From the sequence record OQ938542.1: DNA of 64,000 nucleotides. One strand, 5' to 3'. This document shows positions 48,150-59,951 of the stretch, piece after piece. A model generated the notes under the pieces. It did no database searches. It saw only the letters and a list, made by a program, of their open reading frames with translations, and was not told the origin of the DNA. Position numbers and translations under genes: made by a program. This stretch comes from Escherichia phage vB_EcoP_PE007. How positions within the stretch are numbered: the first letter of the stretch is position 1; each line of letters opens with the position of its first letter.

Positions 48150-50114
48150 TTACCGATTTTGTCTGGGTTGCATATACTCAGGCAGTCCTTGTGCCTGACG
48201 TAAGTACCGTGCAGCACGTTCTTCATCTTCCTTGGCTCGTGCTCTATCCACACTAGCCTGTGACTGGAAACCTCTTGGAGCCAGGTTAGCTGGGTCAGCC
48301 TGTACTTGTGCCTGTGCAGCTTGGAGCATTGCAGCAGCTTTAGTAACAGCCTCCTGACGTGCAGGTAAAAGAGCAGTAAGACCGCTTTGTCCGGTGTTAA
48401 TCTTATTCTGGGTATTTGCCAGTGCAGCTACAGCAGCATCATATGCAGTCTGTGCCGCCTGAATATTCTGCATAGCTTGAGCACGACCAAGGTTACGAAC
48501 ACTACCTTCCAGTGGTTCACCCCGTTTCACACCCTCGATTAACTGTTCTACCTGACGGTCATTAAGACGCATACCATTACCTGCTTCATTGGTAATGAAT
48601 GGGTTAACTGCATCAATAGCACGACTAATATAACCCTCTGGTACACCAGTCTGTGCACGTTGCATAACAGCAGCAGCCATAGCAGGTGACATATTCCCAC
48701 GTTGAGAAATATCGTTCAGTCGATTCAGTACCCAGTTACGGTCAGCACCTTTAAAATCACCCTCCAGCAAACGATTAGCAATCTCACCTACTGGGGTATT
48801 ATCAGTGACAGTACCAAGGAAGTCTGTGTTAAGACTACCAGTGTTATCCTGCATAGAACGAGTACCAATCATACCCTGAGCCAGAGTAGATACTGCCTGA
48901 TTACCTTGATTATTCTGAACCATAGCAAGTGGGTCAGCCCCTACTTCAGCTTGAGCAATAACAGGTTTAATCTGTTCCCAAGTCATATCCTTATAAGCAC
49001 CTGGGGTAGAGTTAGGCAGAGCAGCCCAAGTATCTTTAAGGTTACCGTTCTTACGAGACTCGAAGATAGCCTTACCAATCTTATCCTGGTTCTCAGGAGA
49101 AAGAGGCTGGCTTTGCCAATCTGAACCAAGAACTTTGGGAGCGAAGTCTTTCAGAGTAGCTTGGTTAATCTGGAATGCACCAACAGGTGAAGCACCTTGA
49201 TTCGACTTCATACCATCCTGGTGTTTAATTACATCACCAATACTCATTTGAGTAATAGGGGTAGATGTACCGGCAAACTGGTAAGTAACATCGTAAGGGG
49301 AACCCTGACGAGTACCAGCAGTGCCAGGAGCAGACGCAGCACCTACGCCATTGCCGTATACACCCGGGTAAGTACTAGCCAGTAAACTCTGTAAACGTGC
49401 CTGTGCAACTGGGGACAAGTTCTTACTGTATGCTTCTGCCAACAGACGGGCATCATTAGGGTTCTCAGCACCACGGGTAATCTGTGACATTACACCCATA
49501 GCTGCCTGACTGTCAGCATCATTACGTTGAGCAACACCTAAATCAAAACGATTCTGTGCCTGATTAATAGCCTGACCACCCTGACCTTGTAGACGACCCA
49601 TCATCTCCAGTTGTTGGTCAGCAGGGAGTGCAGACAGTGCATCACGGGTCTGACTTAATGCAGCATTAATACGGTTCTGGTCACCGGACTGATAAGCCTC
49701 AGACAGTAAACGAATAGCCGGGGAAGCATTATCTAATGCAGTGTTAGTATCCTGTAAACGACCAAAGCGATAAGCAATGTAGTCATTGGTTCCCTGCTGT
49801 CCTTGTTGTGTCAGTAATGTACCTGCTCGTTCATCCAGGTTTTGGAGGGTACGTTGATTTACCAGTGAAGGATCAACCCCCTGAAACAGTGCACCAGATG
49901 CCAAAGCATTACGGTACTCATTCGGGTCTTGGTACTGCATAGCATTCATCATGACGGCATTGCCAGCCTCCTGCTTGGCAGCGTTCTGGAAATTACCCAG
50001 TGCATCACTTAAGCCGGAGGTGGCGTTACCAATCATGCTACCAAATGTGCGAATGCTGTCACCAACTCCAGAGAAGTTAGGTGCATCAACATTTCTCCAC
50101 GTTATCTGAGCCAT
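48150..50114 (-). CDS. virion protein (N4 gp51-like position)
   Basis: 654 aa, Gln/Ala/Asn-rich; AGGAAA RBS. Confidence 0.5.
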   Translation of the reverse strand: MAQITWRNVDAPNFSGVGDSIRTFGSMIGNATSGLSDALGNFQNAAKQEAGNAVMMNAMQYQDPNEYRNALASGALFQGVDPSLVNQRTLQNLDERAGTLLTQQGQQGTNDYIAYRFGRLQDTNTALDNASPAIRLLSEAYQSGDQNRINAALSQTRDALSALPADQQLEMMGRLQGQGGQAINQAQNRFDLGVAQRNDADSQAAMGVMSQITRGAENPNDARLLAEAYSKNLSPVAQARLQSLLASTYPGVYGNGVGAASAPGTAGTRQGSPYDVTYQFAGTSTPITQMSIGDVIKHQDGMKSNQGASPVGAFQINQATLKDFAPKVLGSDWQSQPLSPENQDKIGKAIFESRKNGNLKDTWAALPNSTPGAYKDMTWEQIKPVIAQAEVGADPLAMVQNNQGNQAVSTLAQGMIGTRSMQDNTGSLNTDFLGTVTDNTPVGEIANRLLEGDFKGADRNWVLNRLNDISQRGNMSPAMAAAVMQRAQTGVPEGYISRAIDAVNPFITNEAGNGMRLNDRQVEQLIEGVKRGEPLEGSVRNLGRAQAMQNIQAAQTAYDAAVAALANTQNKINTGQSGLTALLPARQEAVTKAAAMLQAAQAQVQADPANLAPRGFQSQASVDRARAKEDEERAARYLRQAQGLPEYMQPRQNR

Positions 50115-50126
50115 GGTGGTTTCCTA

Positions 50127-50570
50127 TTAACGGGTTAGTTTATTGGCTGCAATATAAGCATCAGCCGAAGACTGGTCACGATTTTCTGCTGTAGCACGGC
50201 TACGAGCACGGTCTTCCAGTGCAGTGTTATAAGACTTAATCTGGTTATTCAGGTTAGTGTTAGTAACACTCTTAGTAAAGTTCAGCTGGTCTTTGGCTAA
50301 CTTGTTAGCCTGGAAACCACTATAGATACCAGCTAAGGAACCAAGTGCACCGAGTCCTAGTTGGAAGGTGGGTACATTCATACCCAACTGATTAGCTGAA
50401 CCAGACAAGAAGGAAGTAGGGGAGGCTACTCCTGTACCTGCATTCATACCAATAGCTGCACCCGGATTGTAGTTCATAGCTGGGGTATTAAAATTCTGAT
50501 TGTTATTAGACATCCAAGACATAGCAGCTGGCTGTGGGGTTTGGTTGCCTGTTAAGAATGACAAATCCAT
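50127..50570 (-). CDS. virion protein (N4 gp52-like position)
   Basis: ATG at 50570 with AGGAG RBS (track ORF starts at TTG 50591); 147 aa. Confidence 0.45.
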   Translation of the reverse strand: MDLSFLTGNQTPQPAAMSWMSNNNQNFNTPAMNYNPGAAIGMNAGTGVASPTSFLSGSANQLGMNVPTFQLGLGALGSLAGIYSGFQANKLAKDQLNFTKSVTNTNLNNQIKSYNTALEDRARSRATAENRDQSSADAYIAANKLTR

Positions 50571-50583
50571 AGGGATTCTCCTG

Positions 50584-53238
50584 TTAAACAAGGTCAGTAT
50601 TAAGAGTCATATCAGAGTAGCTTCCAATCATGTTTAAAGACATGTCAGCTATATCCGAACCAGTCATGAGAGTACGTGAGAGGAAAGAATCCATCGACTC
50701 CATTGACACAAATTGCATAGGGTCAATTACACCCTGCCCAGCAGTACCAAACATCTCTTCATACTGCTTATTGATTGCCATCATATCAGTATTGTACTGC
50801 TGCATTACTTTCTCTGCTTTCTGAATAGTAGCAGCCGTAGATGCATTAATATACTGGCTAATACCATTACCTACTGAACTGGTAAGCTGCATGATGTTCT
50901 GAGCATTCATCATTTCACTGGCTAAGGTAGATAAGGATGAACCAGTAGATAGAGCAGTACCAACATTCATAGCTACCATTGAAGCAACAGCAGCAATGAT
51001 AAAACCTAGCTTATCACCAAAGAGTGAAGTGGATACTTTAGTGATAATAGATACCAGAATCATTGCAGCAATGGCGTTTGCTACAGCACCTACTATTACA
51101 GCAGCTAATCCAACAAAACCGAGTGACGCCCCAACTGCTCCATATGCCCCAAGTATACCTGCACCACCAGTACCCATAGTGAATACGGATACAACGACAG
51201 CAACCACAACAACCACAATCTTAAAGGCAGATGTTTGATACCACTTCTGCTTAACCTTCTTATATGAGTTCATCACCAAGTAAGAACAGGCAGTAGATAA
51301 CTGAGTACTACGAACCAGTGACATTGAACGGTAGATGTTAGTATGTAGTGGAATAATGAACCCACTCTCCTCTGCATCACCCATTGCTTCGGCAACATCA
51401 ATATGCACTGACTTATTCTTATATACCCTGTTATTGTGATTTAGACCCAGTACTCTAAGTTTACGATAAGTGTTATTACCATCCTGCCAAAGCAGTTCAT
51501 ACTCCTGCATAGAATAGAATGTAGTGGTAACCTCTAACTTCTTAGCTGAACCGGAGTTACTAGCAGTTCGTATGTTCTTGCGAGTAAGAGTTATATCCCC
51601 TGCATACCTGGCTCGAAGTTGTCCTTGCTTAGCACCAGACCATGCTTGCCCTGAGTGGGTAGTTTCAGATACGTAATTCCAACCAATGGTCATGTCATAC
51701 TTGTAATGCTTATTACTATGTACCCTAAATTCTCTCTTAGGTATGACTGGGTATTCTGGCAGTGGTGGAGGAGTTCCAATAGTGTGCCCTTCAGTCCTAT
51801 TCCACCATTCTACATATGCATCAACTGCATCATTAGCTGCCTGATAACCTGCAATCACTGCCTCCAAGGTTGGATAGGTTGGGTCAGGTGGGAATGCTTC
51901 AGTAGCCATCTGAAAGAAACGGTAGATGTATTCCTTAGCAGTATCTTCAGGAGTATTAAGAGATACGCCAAATGTGCCATAAATGTACTGAATATCACCT
52001 ATATCATCATTCTTCTTAAGCTCTGTTACTACCTTATCAATTTTTCCACCGGTAGCTTTATAAAGAGCTTTCTTACAGTATGGATAGATTGGGTCATTCT
52101 CTACCCATTGTTTATCGTTCCTGATTGGAATAAATGGATAGAATCGATTATCGGTAGCCTCAGTATCGAACAGTGAGTCTAGTGCAACGTTACCAGAGTT
52201 CTGCTTATAGATAAGCATCTTAGGTGTACCAACAGCAGTCATCTCTGTATCTGTACGAGTAGTCTGGGAGGAATACTTACGAACCAGTGTCTCTGTGGTT
52301 GTAGTGATTGTATCGGTACGAGTAACACCACCACCTATATCAACTACATTGGTAGTTACAGAAGTACTGGATTGAATCTCACCAAACTTTTTATGAGTCA
52401 TTACCCTGTCAGATACAACTACAGTTACGTCATCAGGTTTTTCAGTGAATCCTCTACGGTAAACCTTAATGTAAGAGTTCCAGTTATCTACACTTGGTTC
52501 GGTGACAGTACTGTCTTCATCTGGTCTACCATCAGAATAAACAGAATGAGTCTGTATAGTCTTAGTGAGATTAGTTGTATTAGCTGTTGTATCACTTGAA
52601 ACAGTAGTCCATAACAAAGTAGAAGGTAAGTCATCCTCATCATCATAGACAGTAGTCGGTCCCTCTACCGGTGGATTGATAGACGGGGACTTATAGAATG
52701 AGTAATCAGCATAGAGATACAAAGCACCTGGTTCAAAGTTAGTAGGTGTGAATTTAATAGTAGAACCACCATCCAGGGAGATCATAGTAATTTCATTAGT
52801 ATCTTCATTGATGTCTATGTCGAATCGTTCCATGATTCGACTAGGAGCATTTTCATAAAGATATTGGTCACACCATTGCTCAAAGTCAGCAAAGCCAATT
52901 TCTGCTGCCTGAACATAGACAGACTCTCCAGCAGGTGGTGTAATTTGACCCTCTATAACAGTAGGGTCAATCTTAGCCAATACACCCAACGAAGAACCAG
53001 CCATACCAACTTCTGAATCATAGTGGTTCTTACTCCAGCTGGAGAACAATCGCATACGAATACCAGGTCCATTCAGATAACTATCAGAGATAGTGTCTGC
53101 CATAGTGAATCCTGTATTGGAAACAATGTTACCGATGACTACAGTCTTCATATAGTTAGGACGTTTGTGTATATCCCCTGCCATGTTATAGACAGAGGAT
53201 GCTACGTATACTTTAGTCTTCCCACTGAATAAGCCCAT
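50584..53238 (-). CDS. large virion protein with Gly/Ala-rich hydrophobic segment (candidate ejection/internal protein, N4 gp53-like position)
   Basis: 884 aa; internal ~60-aa hydrophobic stretch IVVVVVAVVVSVF...AAVIVGAVANAIAAMILVSII. Confidence 0.5.
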   Translation of the reverse strand: MGLFSGKTKVYVASSVYNMAGDIHKRPNYMKTVVIGNIVSNTGFTMADTISDSYLNGPGIRMRLFSSWSKNHYDSEVGMAGSSLGVLAKIDPTVIEGQITPPAGESVYVQAAEIGFADFEQWCDQYLYENAPSRIMERFDIDINEDTNEITMISLDGGSTIKFTPTNFEPGALYLYADYSFYKSPSINPPVEGPTTVYDDEDDLPSTLLWTTVSSDTTANTTNLTKTIQTHSVYSDGRPDEDSTVTEPSVDNWNSYIKVYRRGFTEKPDDVTVVVSDRVMTHKKFGEIQSSTSVTTNVVDIGGGVTRTDTITTTTETLVRKYSSQTTRTDTEMTAVGTPKMLIYKQNSGNVALDSLFDTEATDNRFYPFIPIRNDKQWVENDPIYPYCKKALYKATGGKIDKVVTELKKNDDIGDIQYIYGTFGVSLNTPEDTAKEYIYRFFQMATEAFPPDPTYPTLEAVIAGYQAANDAVDAYVEWWNRTEGHTIGTPPPLPEYPVIPKREFRVHSNKHYKYDMTIGWNYVSETTHSGQAWSGAKQGQLRARYAGDITLTRKNIRTASNSGSAKKLEVTTTFYSMQEYELLWQDGNNTYRKLRVLGLNHNNRVYKNKSVHIDVAEAMGDAEESGFIIPLHTNIYRSMSLVRSTQLSTACSYLVMNSYKKVKQKWYQTSAFKIVVVVVAVVVSVFTMGTGGAGILGAYGAVGASLGFVGLAAVIVGAVANAIAAMILVSIITKVSTSLFGDKLGFIIAAVASMVAMNVGTALSTGSSLSTLASEMMNAQNIMQLTSSVGNGISQYINASTAATIQKAEKVMQQYNTDMMAINKQYEEMFGTAGQGVIDPMQFVSMESMDSFLSRTLMTGSDIADMSLNMIGSYSDMTLNTDLV

Positions 53239-53239
53239 A

Positions 53240-54076
53240 TTAGTTCAGCCCGTTGTTAGTCTTCAGCTTGGTCAAAATGGTATCAATACTTGCGTTAGTG
53301 AAACCATTAGGAGGATTCAAGCCTTCATCAATAGTCTTCTGTGTAATCCATGCATCAGTAAACAACTTAGATGCTTTGACTTCTGCATCACGTTGGTAAG
53401 AAGTAATCTGTTGAGAGTACAACTCTTTCTGTTTACCTACAGAACCAGTAACAGTAGCACCATCACTACGAGTATCCAGTGTCTGTGCACGTTGTGCTTC
53501 TGTCTGCTCAGTAAGCAATTTAAGCTGTTGAGGTAGCATCTGATTAGCATTAAACAATGCAGCACAATACGTCTCAGACTCAGTAGCAATCTTCATCTTA
53601 GTAAGAGCGTATTCACTCTTAGCAGACAATGCCTGAATCTTAGCCAGTACAAACTGAGCCTTAGAAGTAGCCAGTTGAACACGAGCAGTAACTGCCTGAA
53701 TCTGTGCCATAGCAGCAGCCCAGTATGCCTGGTCACGTCCAAGTAAGAACTGAACAGCATTACTCATGCATGATTCCATCATAGCAATGTATGCTTTGGT
53801 ATATTCACCACCAGTAATACGGTTAGCTTTAAACTCAGCTTTAAGGTGATTGTGAGCAGATTCCATTAATGCATCAAACGTACCACTGCCTCCTACTTCA
53901 CGGGTAGTAAGAGATTCATTGGTTATTTTAGTAATAGCCCCAAAGATTGTAGAATCATCTCCACCAGGGATATCCCATTCAGGACCAGACATATCAATAT
54001 CAGGAAGGGTAAAGTCATCACCCTTAGTTAACTCTTCTAGGAGTCGGTTAGCTTCTACCTCAGCAGAACAAGACAT
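53240..54076 (-). CDS. virion structural protein (N4 gp54-like position)
   Basis: 278 aa from second ATG with AAGAGGA RBS; helical Ala/Gln-rich. Confidence 0.45.
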   Translation of the reverse strand: MSCSAEVEANRLLEELTKGDDFTLPDIDMSGPEWDIPGGDDSTIFGAITKITNESLTTREVGGSGTFDALMESAHNHLKAEFKANRITGGEYTKAYIAMMESCMSNAVQFLLGRDQAYWAAAMAQIQAVTARVQLATSKAQFVLAKIQALSAKSEYALTKMKIATESETYCAALFNANQMLPQQLKLLTEQTEAQRAQTLDTRSDGATVTGSVGKQKELYSQQITSYQRDAEVKASKLFTDAWITQKTIDEGLNPPNGFTNASIDTILTKLKTNNGLN

Positions 54077-54152
54077 AATCATTCCTCTTGGTTCAAAAAG
54101 AAACGGCCCACGGAGTTACCCCAGTGAGCCGTGTTGAACTGTAGCTTATACG

Positions 54153-54794
54153 TTAATCGTTAAGGCTACCAGCAGCAATCTGTGCTTGAGCCAGTTGAGC
54201 TAATTCAGCTTCAGTCAACGGAGGCAGTACTTCAATGGAGAACTCACGTGCTTCTGTTGCACGGATGTCCGGTAAGCCATTCTTACCTTTACGAGTCGTA
54301 ATGTTGATGAACTTGCGTTCTTTAAGGAACTCGTAGATACAGTACGGAATATGATAACCATTGTCGGTTACTTCACCGAATGGAACAAACTTACGTACAG
54401 TACCCATATATTCGTTAGCTACGGTGATAATTTCACCCGGCAGGTCTTTCTTCTTAGGGTCAAGGTTCTGGATACGTACACGAATCAGTCGAGTCTGTTC
54501 TGCACGAATCTTCTGACCCAGGGTCATCTTCTTAACGCCAGCTTCTTGTTTTTCGCCAAGTGGGTTAACAGCAGCTTCTTCAACTACTGGTTCATCTTTT
54601 ACTTGTGCAGCTTCAATCTTCTCACGAAGCTTCTCAACGGAAATGTTGTTAGAGAACTTGATATTCATCAACGTTGCACGTTGCTTAAGAACTTCAAGTT
54701 CGCTAGGCATTGCAATATCGTTAACGGTATCTTCGTTGCCCTGTACGTTCACTTCTACGTCAGTGGTCGGTTTATCGTTAATGCTCATGTTCAT
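54153..54794 (-). CDS. virion structural protein (N4 gp55-like position)
   Basis: 213-aa ORF downstream of capsid gene; start may be ATG 54788. Confidence 0.45.
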   Translation of the reverse strand: MNMSINDKPTTDVEVNVQGNEDTVNDIAMPSELEVLKQRATLMNIKFSNNISVEKLREKIEAAQVKDEPVVEEAAVNPLGEKQEAGVKKMTLGQKIRAEQTRLIRVRIQNLDPKKKDLPGEIITVANEYMGTVRKFVPFGEVTDNGYHIPYCIYEFLKERKFINITTRKGKNGLPDIRATEAREFSIEVLPPLTEAELAQLAQAQIAAGSLND

Positions 54795-54819
54795 ATTTCC
54801 TGTGGTTCATTTAGTTTTA

Positions 54820-54850
54820 TTAAGAGGGGGACTTATGTCCCCCTTGTTTT
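54820..54850 (-). terminator. stem-loop terminator downstream of major capsid gene
   Basis: agggggac-ttat-gtccccct 8-bp GC-rich stem just 3' of capsid stop. Confidence 0.55.
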
Positions 54851-54861
54851 ATTTCGGACTA

Positions 54862-56064
54862 TTACAGAGGAGCAACAGTCTTAATCAGAGCCAGACGTTC
54901 TGGGCGTTTAACCAGGATACCATAGTACCACTTGATAGAACTGAAGCCAGTTTCACCATACGGGTCGTTACGGTCAGCAGTTTCTTTACCAGGCATCTTA
55001 GTCATGATGGTGAACTTAACAGACTTACCATCAGTCTGGAAGCCAATGGTAGAGAAGGAGTCGTCACCAACTACCAGCATCGGGAATACGTCGTAGTGTT
55101 CCTGACCAGATACCATAGAAGTACGATAACCCGGGTTAGTAGTAACCTGAGCACCAGCACCTGCCCAATGAAGCATCTCAGGAACCTGGATAATACGGAA
55201 CTTATCAATACAACCGATTTCACCATTCATCAGAGTACCAGCATCAGCATAGTGCTGAACTTCGATGAATGCTTTATTACCAAACAGGTCTTTCATCGCT
55301 TTCAGTTCTGGAACCAGTTCAGAACCAACGTACATTACACGAGTACCACCAAGTACTTTGGTATCTGTCAGTTTAGAACCAGTGATGATAGTAGTCTGGG
55401 TCGGAGTACGGTTCTCAGTAAGAATCTGGTCAAGACGCATCAGGTTCTTATAAGAAACTACAGACGGGGTAGAACCTTCACCAGTGATGGTTGCATCAGA
55501 GACAGCAGCACCTGCATACAGTACAGTACCAGCAGCAGCCAGCAAGTCTTTCTGGAGAACAGCTTCAGTCAACTGTACAGCACCGTTCATCAGTTCACGA
55601 GACAGGTGTTCTTTCAGCTGGTCATCGGAATCAAAGTCCAGAGACTCTTGGGTAAATTCGTAGAAGAAGCCGAACTTATGAATGGAACCTTCACGAGCCA
55701 GACGAGTGAAGCCTACACGGTTAACACGACCACCATTCTCTGACAGCAGAGGCAGTTTAGAGGTGATGTTACCAACGTCTTTGGAAGAACCGTACAGGTT
55801 ACCGTTAACGATGGTAGCACCATTAGCATCAATACCCTGGTCGTTAATGTTCTTATCATCGAGCAGAGGAACGTACTCGTACACCTTAACAGTCTTGCCG
55901 TAGTTCTTCGGCATGTTAACGGTGTTAGCCAGAGGCATAAAATACTGGTCTTTACGAGACTGAATAATAGCCTTCTTCAGCCAGTAATAGGTATTCATCT
56001 GGTCGGAACCAGCACCATCAATGCTAGATTTCTGACCGTCAATTGGAGCGTTATAGTTTAACAT
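54862..56064 (-). CDS. major capsid protein (N4 gp56-like)
   Basis: 400 aa between portal/scaffold-like genes and tail genes; followed by strong hairpin; size matches N4 MCP. Confidence 0.6.
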   Translation of the reverse strand: MLNYNAPIDGQKSSIDGAGSDQMNTYYWLKKAIIQSRKDQYFMPLANTVNMPKNYGKTVKVYEYVPLLDDKNINDQGIDANGATIVNGNLYGSSKDVGNITSKLPLLSENGGRVNRVGFTRLAREGSIHKFGFFYEFTQESLDFDSDDQLKEHLSRELMNGAVQLTEAVLQKDLLAAAGTVLYAGAAVSDATITGEGSTPSVVSYKNLMRLDQILTENRTPTQTTIITGSKLTDTKVLGGTRVMYVGSELVPELKAMKDLFGNKAFIEVQHYADAGTLMNGEIGCIDKFRIIQVPEMLHWAGAGAQVTTNPGYRTSMVSGQEHYDVFPMLVVGDDSFSTIGFQTDGKSVKFTIMTKMPGKETADRNDPYGETGFSSIKWYYGILVKRPERLALIKTVAPL

Positions 56065-56080
56065 ATCATCTCATTCCTGT

Positions 56081-57301
56081 TTAAAGACTACCCGGTACTG
56101 GGAGTTTAGCGAAATCTTCATCACTCATAGCGAGTGGGTTTACAATAGGTGTTGCTTTACGTGTAGCAGCCCGATTAAGGGAAGCTGCTTTAGCTTGCTC
56201 ATTGTTAGCCAGAGTCTGCTTAGGTTGTGCTACACGCACTACCGGCTGAACTGCTGGTTTAACTGCTTGTACTGGTTCAGGCTTAGCTACTTGGTTAAAT
56301 GCTCCTTGTTGTGCAAGAAGGTTACCAACGTAGTTATAAGCCTGAATAAACGGAGTACCTACCGGAATCTGACCTAACACCTGAAGACGATTCACTTCAT
56401 TAGCAATGGTGTCATAAATACCATTCTCACGCTGTTCGTGAATGGTGTGGAGTAAGCCACGATTCTGATAAAGAGCATCTTTACTGGCAGCATCCCATGT
56501 CGAGCTAATAACACCTAATGTAGCTTGTCCTTCTTGAGTAGACTTTAAGTCGTCAATTTCGGTTGCAAAATCTGCTTCGGTGTCTGTAACACGGTGTTTG
56601 CCACCCTGGTAGTTAATTTCCTCTTCTGGATTAAAGTCCAGAGGATCTGTACCAGAGTCTTTCAACAACTTTTTAATGGCTTCAGGATTCTTCTTATCCA
56701 GGTCAATCAGGAAAGAAAGTTTTTCCTCATCCATTAAACCGTTGTTCTGTAGCATCAGCATTACCTTACGGTACGGCTGAAGTTCTTGCATCTTACGAGT
56801 ATAGTTAGCACCCATCTGCATCAGGCTAATGGCCTCCTCCGGAGAACGGGGAGTAATCATTTTGCCGTTAGCTTTAAAAGGAGCCATCAACTTCTCATAA
56901 CCTTCCTTATAGTTGAAGTCAGCAGGCAGACCTTCAGACTGTTTGCCTTCTTCTTTCTGTTCCTGGCCTGGTTCAGCAGTAGAAGGTTCAGCTTCAGTAA
57001 TCGGCTTACCGTTACTATCAACTTCTGTGTCAACAACTTTATCATCAACTTTATCAGAAGTTAAAGAATTTGCTGAATCATCTTCATCTGCGTCAGTTTC
57101 GGGGGAGGTTTCTTCGGTTGGTAGTTCTTCAACAGCAGGGGTGTCAACTTCTTCATCAGGAGTCTGTACGCCGTTGGTTTCTGGGTTGTTCTGAGTGGAA
57201 GTATCTTCCTCAGCAATAATAGCTGGGGCTTCCATATTCAGAATCTCATCATCCGACATTGCGAGAATGTCGGAAGCTGTGGTTGCAGCTTCCGTAGTCA
57301 T
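56081..57301 (-). CDS. acidic head-assembly protein, candidate scaffolding protein
   Basis: 406 aa, acidic N-terminal third, helical; lies between portal and capsid genes. Confidence 0.4.
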   Translation of the reverse strand: MTTEAATTASDILAMSDDEILNMEAPAIIAEEDTSTQNNPETNGVQTPDEEVDTPAVEELPTEETSPETDADEDDSANSLTSDKVDDKVVDTEVDSNGKPITEAEPSTAEPGQEQKEEGKQSEGLPADFNYKEGYEKLMAPFKANGKMITPRSPEEAISLMQMGANYTRKMQELQPYRKVMLMLQNNGLMDEEKLSFLIDLDKKNPEAIKKLLKDSGTDPLDFNPEEEINYQGGKHRVTDTEADFATEIDDLKSTQEGQATLGVISSTWDAASKDALYQNRGLLHTIHEQRENGIYDTIANEVNRLQVLGQIPVGTPFIQAYNYVGNLLAQQGAFNQVAKPEPVQAVKPAVQPVVRVAQPKQTLANNEQAKAASLNRAATRKATPIVNPLAMSDEDFAKLPVPGSL

Positions 57302-57320
57302 AGGAAATATCTCCGGTTAA

Positions 57321-57665
57321 TTATTCGTCTTCAGGTTCAGCACGAACTACATCGAGTTCTTCTTCTACCTGTAGAATAACGTCAGCTTCACGTTCGCCCA
57401 TACGAATGGCGAGGTCGAGCCAACGACGTAAGTGACCAGCAGCTTGAGCCATGTTGAGTGCATCTGCACGATTGTTAGCTTCAAGCAGTGGGTCACCAGA
57501 CTCTTGCACGTAACGTGCACAATCTTCTACACAGAACTGGCGAAGGATTACTTTACGGAACAGTGGATTCTCCAGAAGTTTACGTACATCCTCTGCGTGT
57601 GCAACTGCACCTTTAGCAGCTTCCAGTCGATGTTCCAGTCCTGCGATTGTTGATTCTTTACTCAT
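57321..57665 (-). CDS. hypothetical virion-module protein
   Basis: 114-aa ORF between portal and scaffold-like genes. Confidence 0.45.
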   Translation of the reverse strand: MSKESTIAGLEHRLEAAKGAVAHAEDVRKLLENPLFRKVILRQFCVEDCARYVQESGDPLLEANNRADALNMAQAAGHLRRWLDLAIRMGEREADVILQVEEELDVVRAEPEDE

Positions 57666-57678
57666 GTGAAGGTCTGCC

Positions 57679-59949
57679 TTATAAGTTCATACCAAGAGCC
57701 GATGCTGGGTCTTGGCTAGGGTCATAATGTTGGGAACTAAGTGAATAAGTCGGGTCTTGCTGTGCAGCTAAGTCACGTTCCTGTAAAGAGTTCCCGTTAG
57801 TCAAAGCGTTATATCCGACAGCAGCAGATATGTTGGGGGTAGTTTCACCTTCTTTAGTAGGTGTTGTCAACGCCTTAGTTATTTGAAGGTTCTGGTTTCC
57901 TTGAGATTGTGCTTTTTGTTTTTCCATATCACGAGCATGTTTAGTACCAGATTCCTGTTCCAGATAATCCAGGTCTTTAAGGTCACCACTAGAAATAGCT
58001 TCTTTAGCCTTAGCATTATTGAGTGCAATCTTACTTTTCAACTCTTCATTCTCAAGCTGTGCTTTTTGAATTGCCAATTGCTTAAGCTGTTCTTCCATAG
58101 GGTCTGGTTGTGGTCGCCAGGTACGTAATTCATGAGCAAGGTCTGGCATACGCTTAAGTTCTGCAATTTTAGCTACGAGAGATAATGTAATAGTCTGGTC
58201 AACTGTATTACCTAACGTTTGAACCATGAAGCTCAAGTCCTGAGATTTCTGGTTATCAATTTCAGCAGTATTAATATCAACCTCAATATCGAAATTACCT
58301 TTAAGGTCTTCACGGTTAATTTCTACGTACTGTTCATTGGTAATACGTACTACTTCCTTCTCAGATAAGAATACGGCATTCATTGCACAAATCTTAGTAC
58401 CAATGTCTGCCATACCCTTAGCTAATCGACGAAGGATTGCCATCTCACGTTTGGATGCTGCATCGAGTGCACCACGAATACCAGCAGCCACATCTCCATA
58501 AGCTGCACCAGTTACACCTCCAGAGAATGCTTTAACACCAGTTAGTGCTTCTGCTTCCTGGTTCTGCATCTGAGTCATAACTATTGCCGACTGAGGTAAC
58601 TCAGGGAACTTATGTTCCATAATGGCCTGACTAGGGTTGCCCTGCATTGGGTTATACTCATAGTCTTGTCCGTCATCATATCGACGTCGGTTCAGAGTAT
58701 CTAACATCCCTTTAGGATAACCACGTTGCCCGTTTGCACTTCGACCTAACAGGTCAATCATCCCACGCATAGTTGCACCAAGAATTGCTTGGTTATCCCC
58801 CAACAGTTCAGCATCAGCTTCACCAAAGAGTTCACGTTTACGGGGCATGTAAGGAACAACTACCAGAGGTAACTTACCATCTGGGAACGGGTTCTTCTCC
58901 ATACGAATAAGAGTAGAACCAATCCAGGTAGCAACAATTGGTTCCAGTGAACCGTCATCATTAATGTCGTAAAATCCCCAGTATTCATAAGCAATGACTT
59001 TCTTACGAAGTGCATCCTTAAACTGGAAATCACCAGGAGTTTTACTTTCATGGTCTGGGTCTGTCATAGGACTAGAACTTTCCCAGTCAATCTTATCCAG
59101 GTTGTGGTAACGGTCCTTGTTCTTCATGAGGTCTGCTTTGCAAGTCTCAAATGAGATAACTGCATAAAGAGCCTTATCCAAATCACCATTACAGCTTGGG
59201 TCAATAACTACGTTGTTTGGGTTAAGCATTTCAACAGTAGGTCTGTTAACCAGTGCTTTCTCTACTTCAACTTCAGTAACACCTGTCTGGATTGCATAAG
59301 TAGCTTCCCCAGTTTCATTGAAGTAATTAACAGCTTCCTTAATATCTTCTGGCATTGTTTCGTCGTACTCACGGGGATTCTCTGCCTGAAGCTGTAGTGC
59401 CTGCTGAAGAATATCTGCTTGTTCTTGGTTCTCAATTGGATACAACTGAAAGACTGGTGTTTCTGTTTTAATCTTAACAGTCTTACGTTCCCAACCAATA
59501 CGAGCAATACCAGTACCGTCATCTACGACACTATGTACGTAATCATCCACCAGTTTTACTTTATTAAGCTGGGTACGGAATTGGTAGTTAAGAACTAATT
59601 CATTCTGACGTGCAGCTAACTCATCTTCAAAAGTAACGGGAGTTACCTTAAAGAGTTTATTAGATGAGAGGAATGGTTCAGACAATGGTGCATAACGCCA
59701 TTCTGCCTGACGGCGAACCAGTCTAGGTTGGACTTGGGAACGCCCCTTCACCTTTGGAGGTTTAGCCTTACCCTTAACTTCCATCAAGTCATTCCACTCA
59801 CGAATCTGGGCCATGATTGCATCGTGAGCAGGTTTAGCTGATTCCAAATCACCTTTCAGTAATTGGATACTTGGTTCCTTCTTCCAGTCCGTTAACTTCT
59901 CTGATTGAGCCGGGTCTGGTAAAGGCTTAAAAGTGTCTTGGTGTTCCAT
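57679..59949 (-). CDS. portal protein (N4 gp59-like)
   Basis: 756 aa immediately upstream of scaffold-like/capsid genes; AGGA RBS. Confidence 0.55.
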   Translation of the reverse strand: MEHQDTFKPLPDPAQSEKLTDWKKEPSIQLLKGDLESAKPAHDAIMAQIREWNDLMEVKGKAKPPKVKGRSQVQPRLVRRQAEWRYAPLSEPFLSSNKLFKVTPVTFEDELAARQNELVLNYQFRTQLNKVKLVDDYVHSVVDDGTGIARIGWERKTVKIKTETPVFQLYPIENQEQADILQQALQLQAENPREYDETMPEDIKEAVNYFNETGEATYAIQTGVTEVEVEKALVNRPTVEMLNPNNVVIDPSCNGDLDKALYAVISFETCKADLMKNKDRYHNLDKIDWESSSPMTDPDHESKTPGDFQFKDALRKKVIAYEYWGFYDINDDGSLEPIVATWIGSTLIRMEKNPFPDGKLPLVVVPYMPRKRELFGEADAELLGDNQAILGATMRGMIDLLGRSANGQRGYPKGMLDTLNRRRYDDGQDYEYNPMQGNPSQAIMEHKFPELPQSAIVMTQMQNQEAEALTGVKAFSGGVTGAAYGDVAAGIRGALDAASKREMAILRRLAKGMADIGTKICAMNAVFLSEKEVVRITNEQYVEINREDLKGNFDIEVDINTAEIDNQKSQDLSFMVQTLGNTVDQTITLSLVAKIAELKRMPDLAHELRTWRPQPDPMEEQLKQLAIQKAQLENEELKSKIALNNAKAKEAISSGDLKDLDYLEQESGTKHARDMEKQKAQSQGNQNLQITKALTTPTKEGETTPNISAAVGYNALTNGNSLQERDLAAQQDPTYSLSSQHYDPSQDPASALGMNL

Positions 59950-59951
59950 AG

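Noticed and set aside
54351-55743. + strand ORFs 54351-54884 and 54643-55743 (177 and 366 aa)
   Set aside because: Antisense to the capsid and adjacent virion genes on the - strand, which have good starts and terminator context; Ser/Thr/Leu-rich translation typical of antisense frames.
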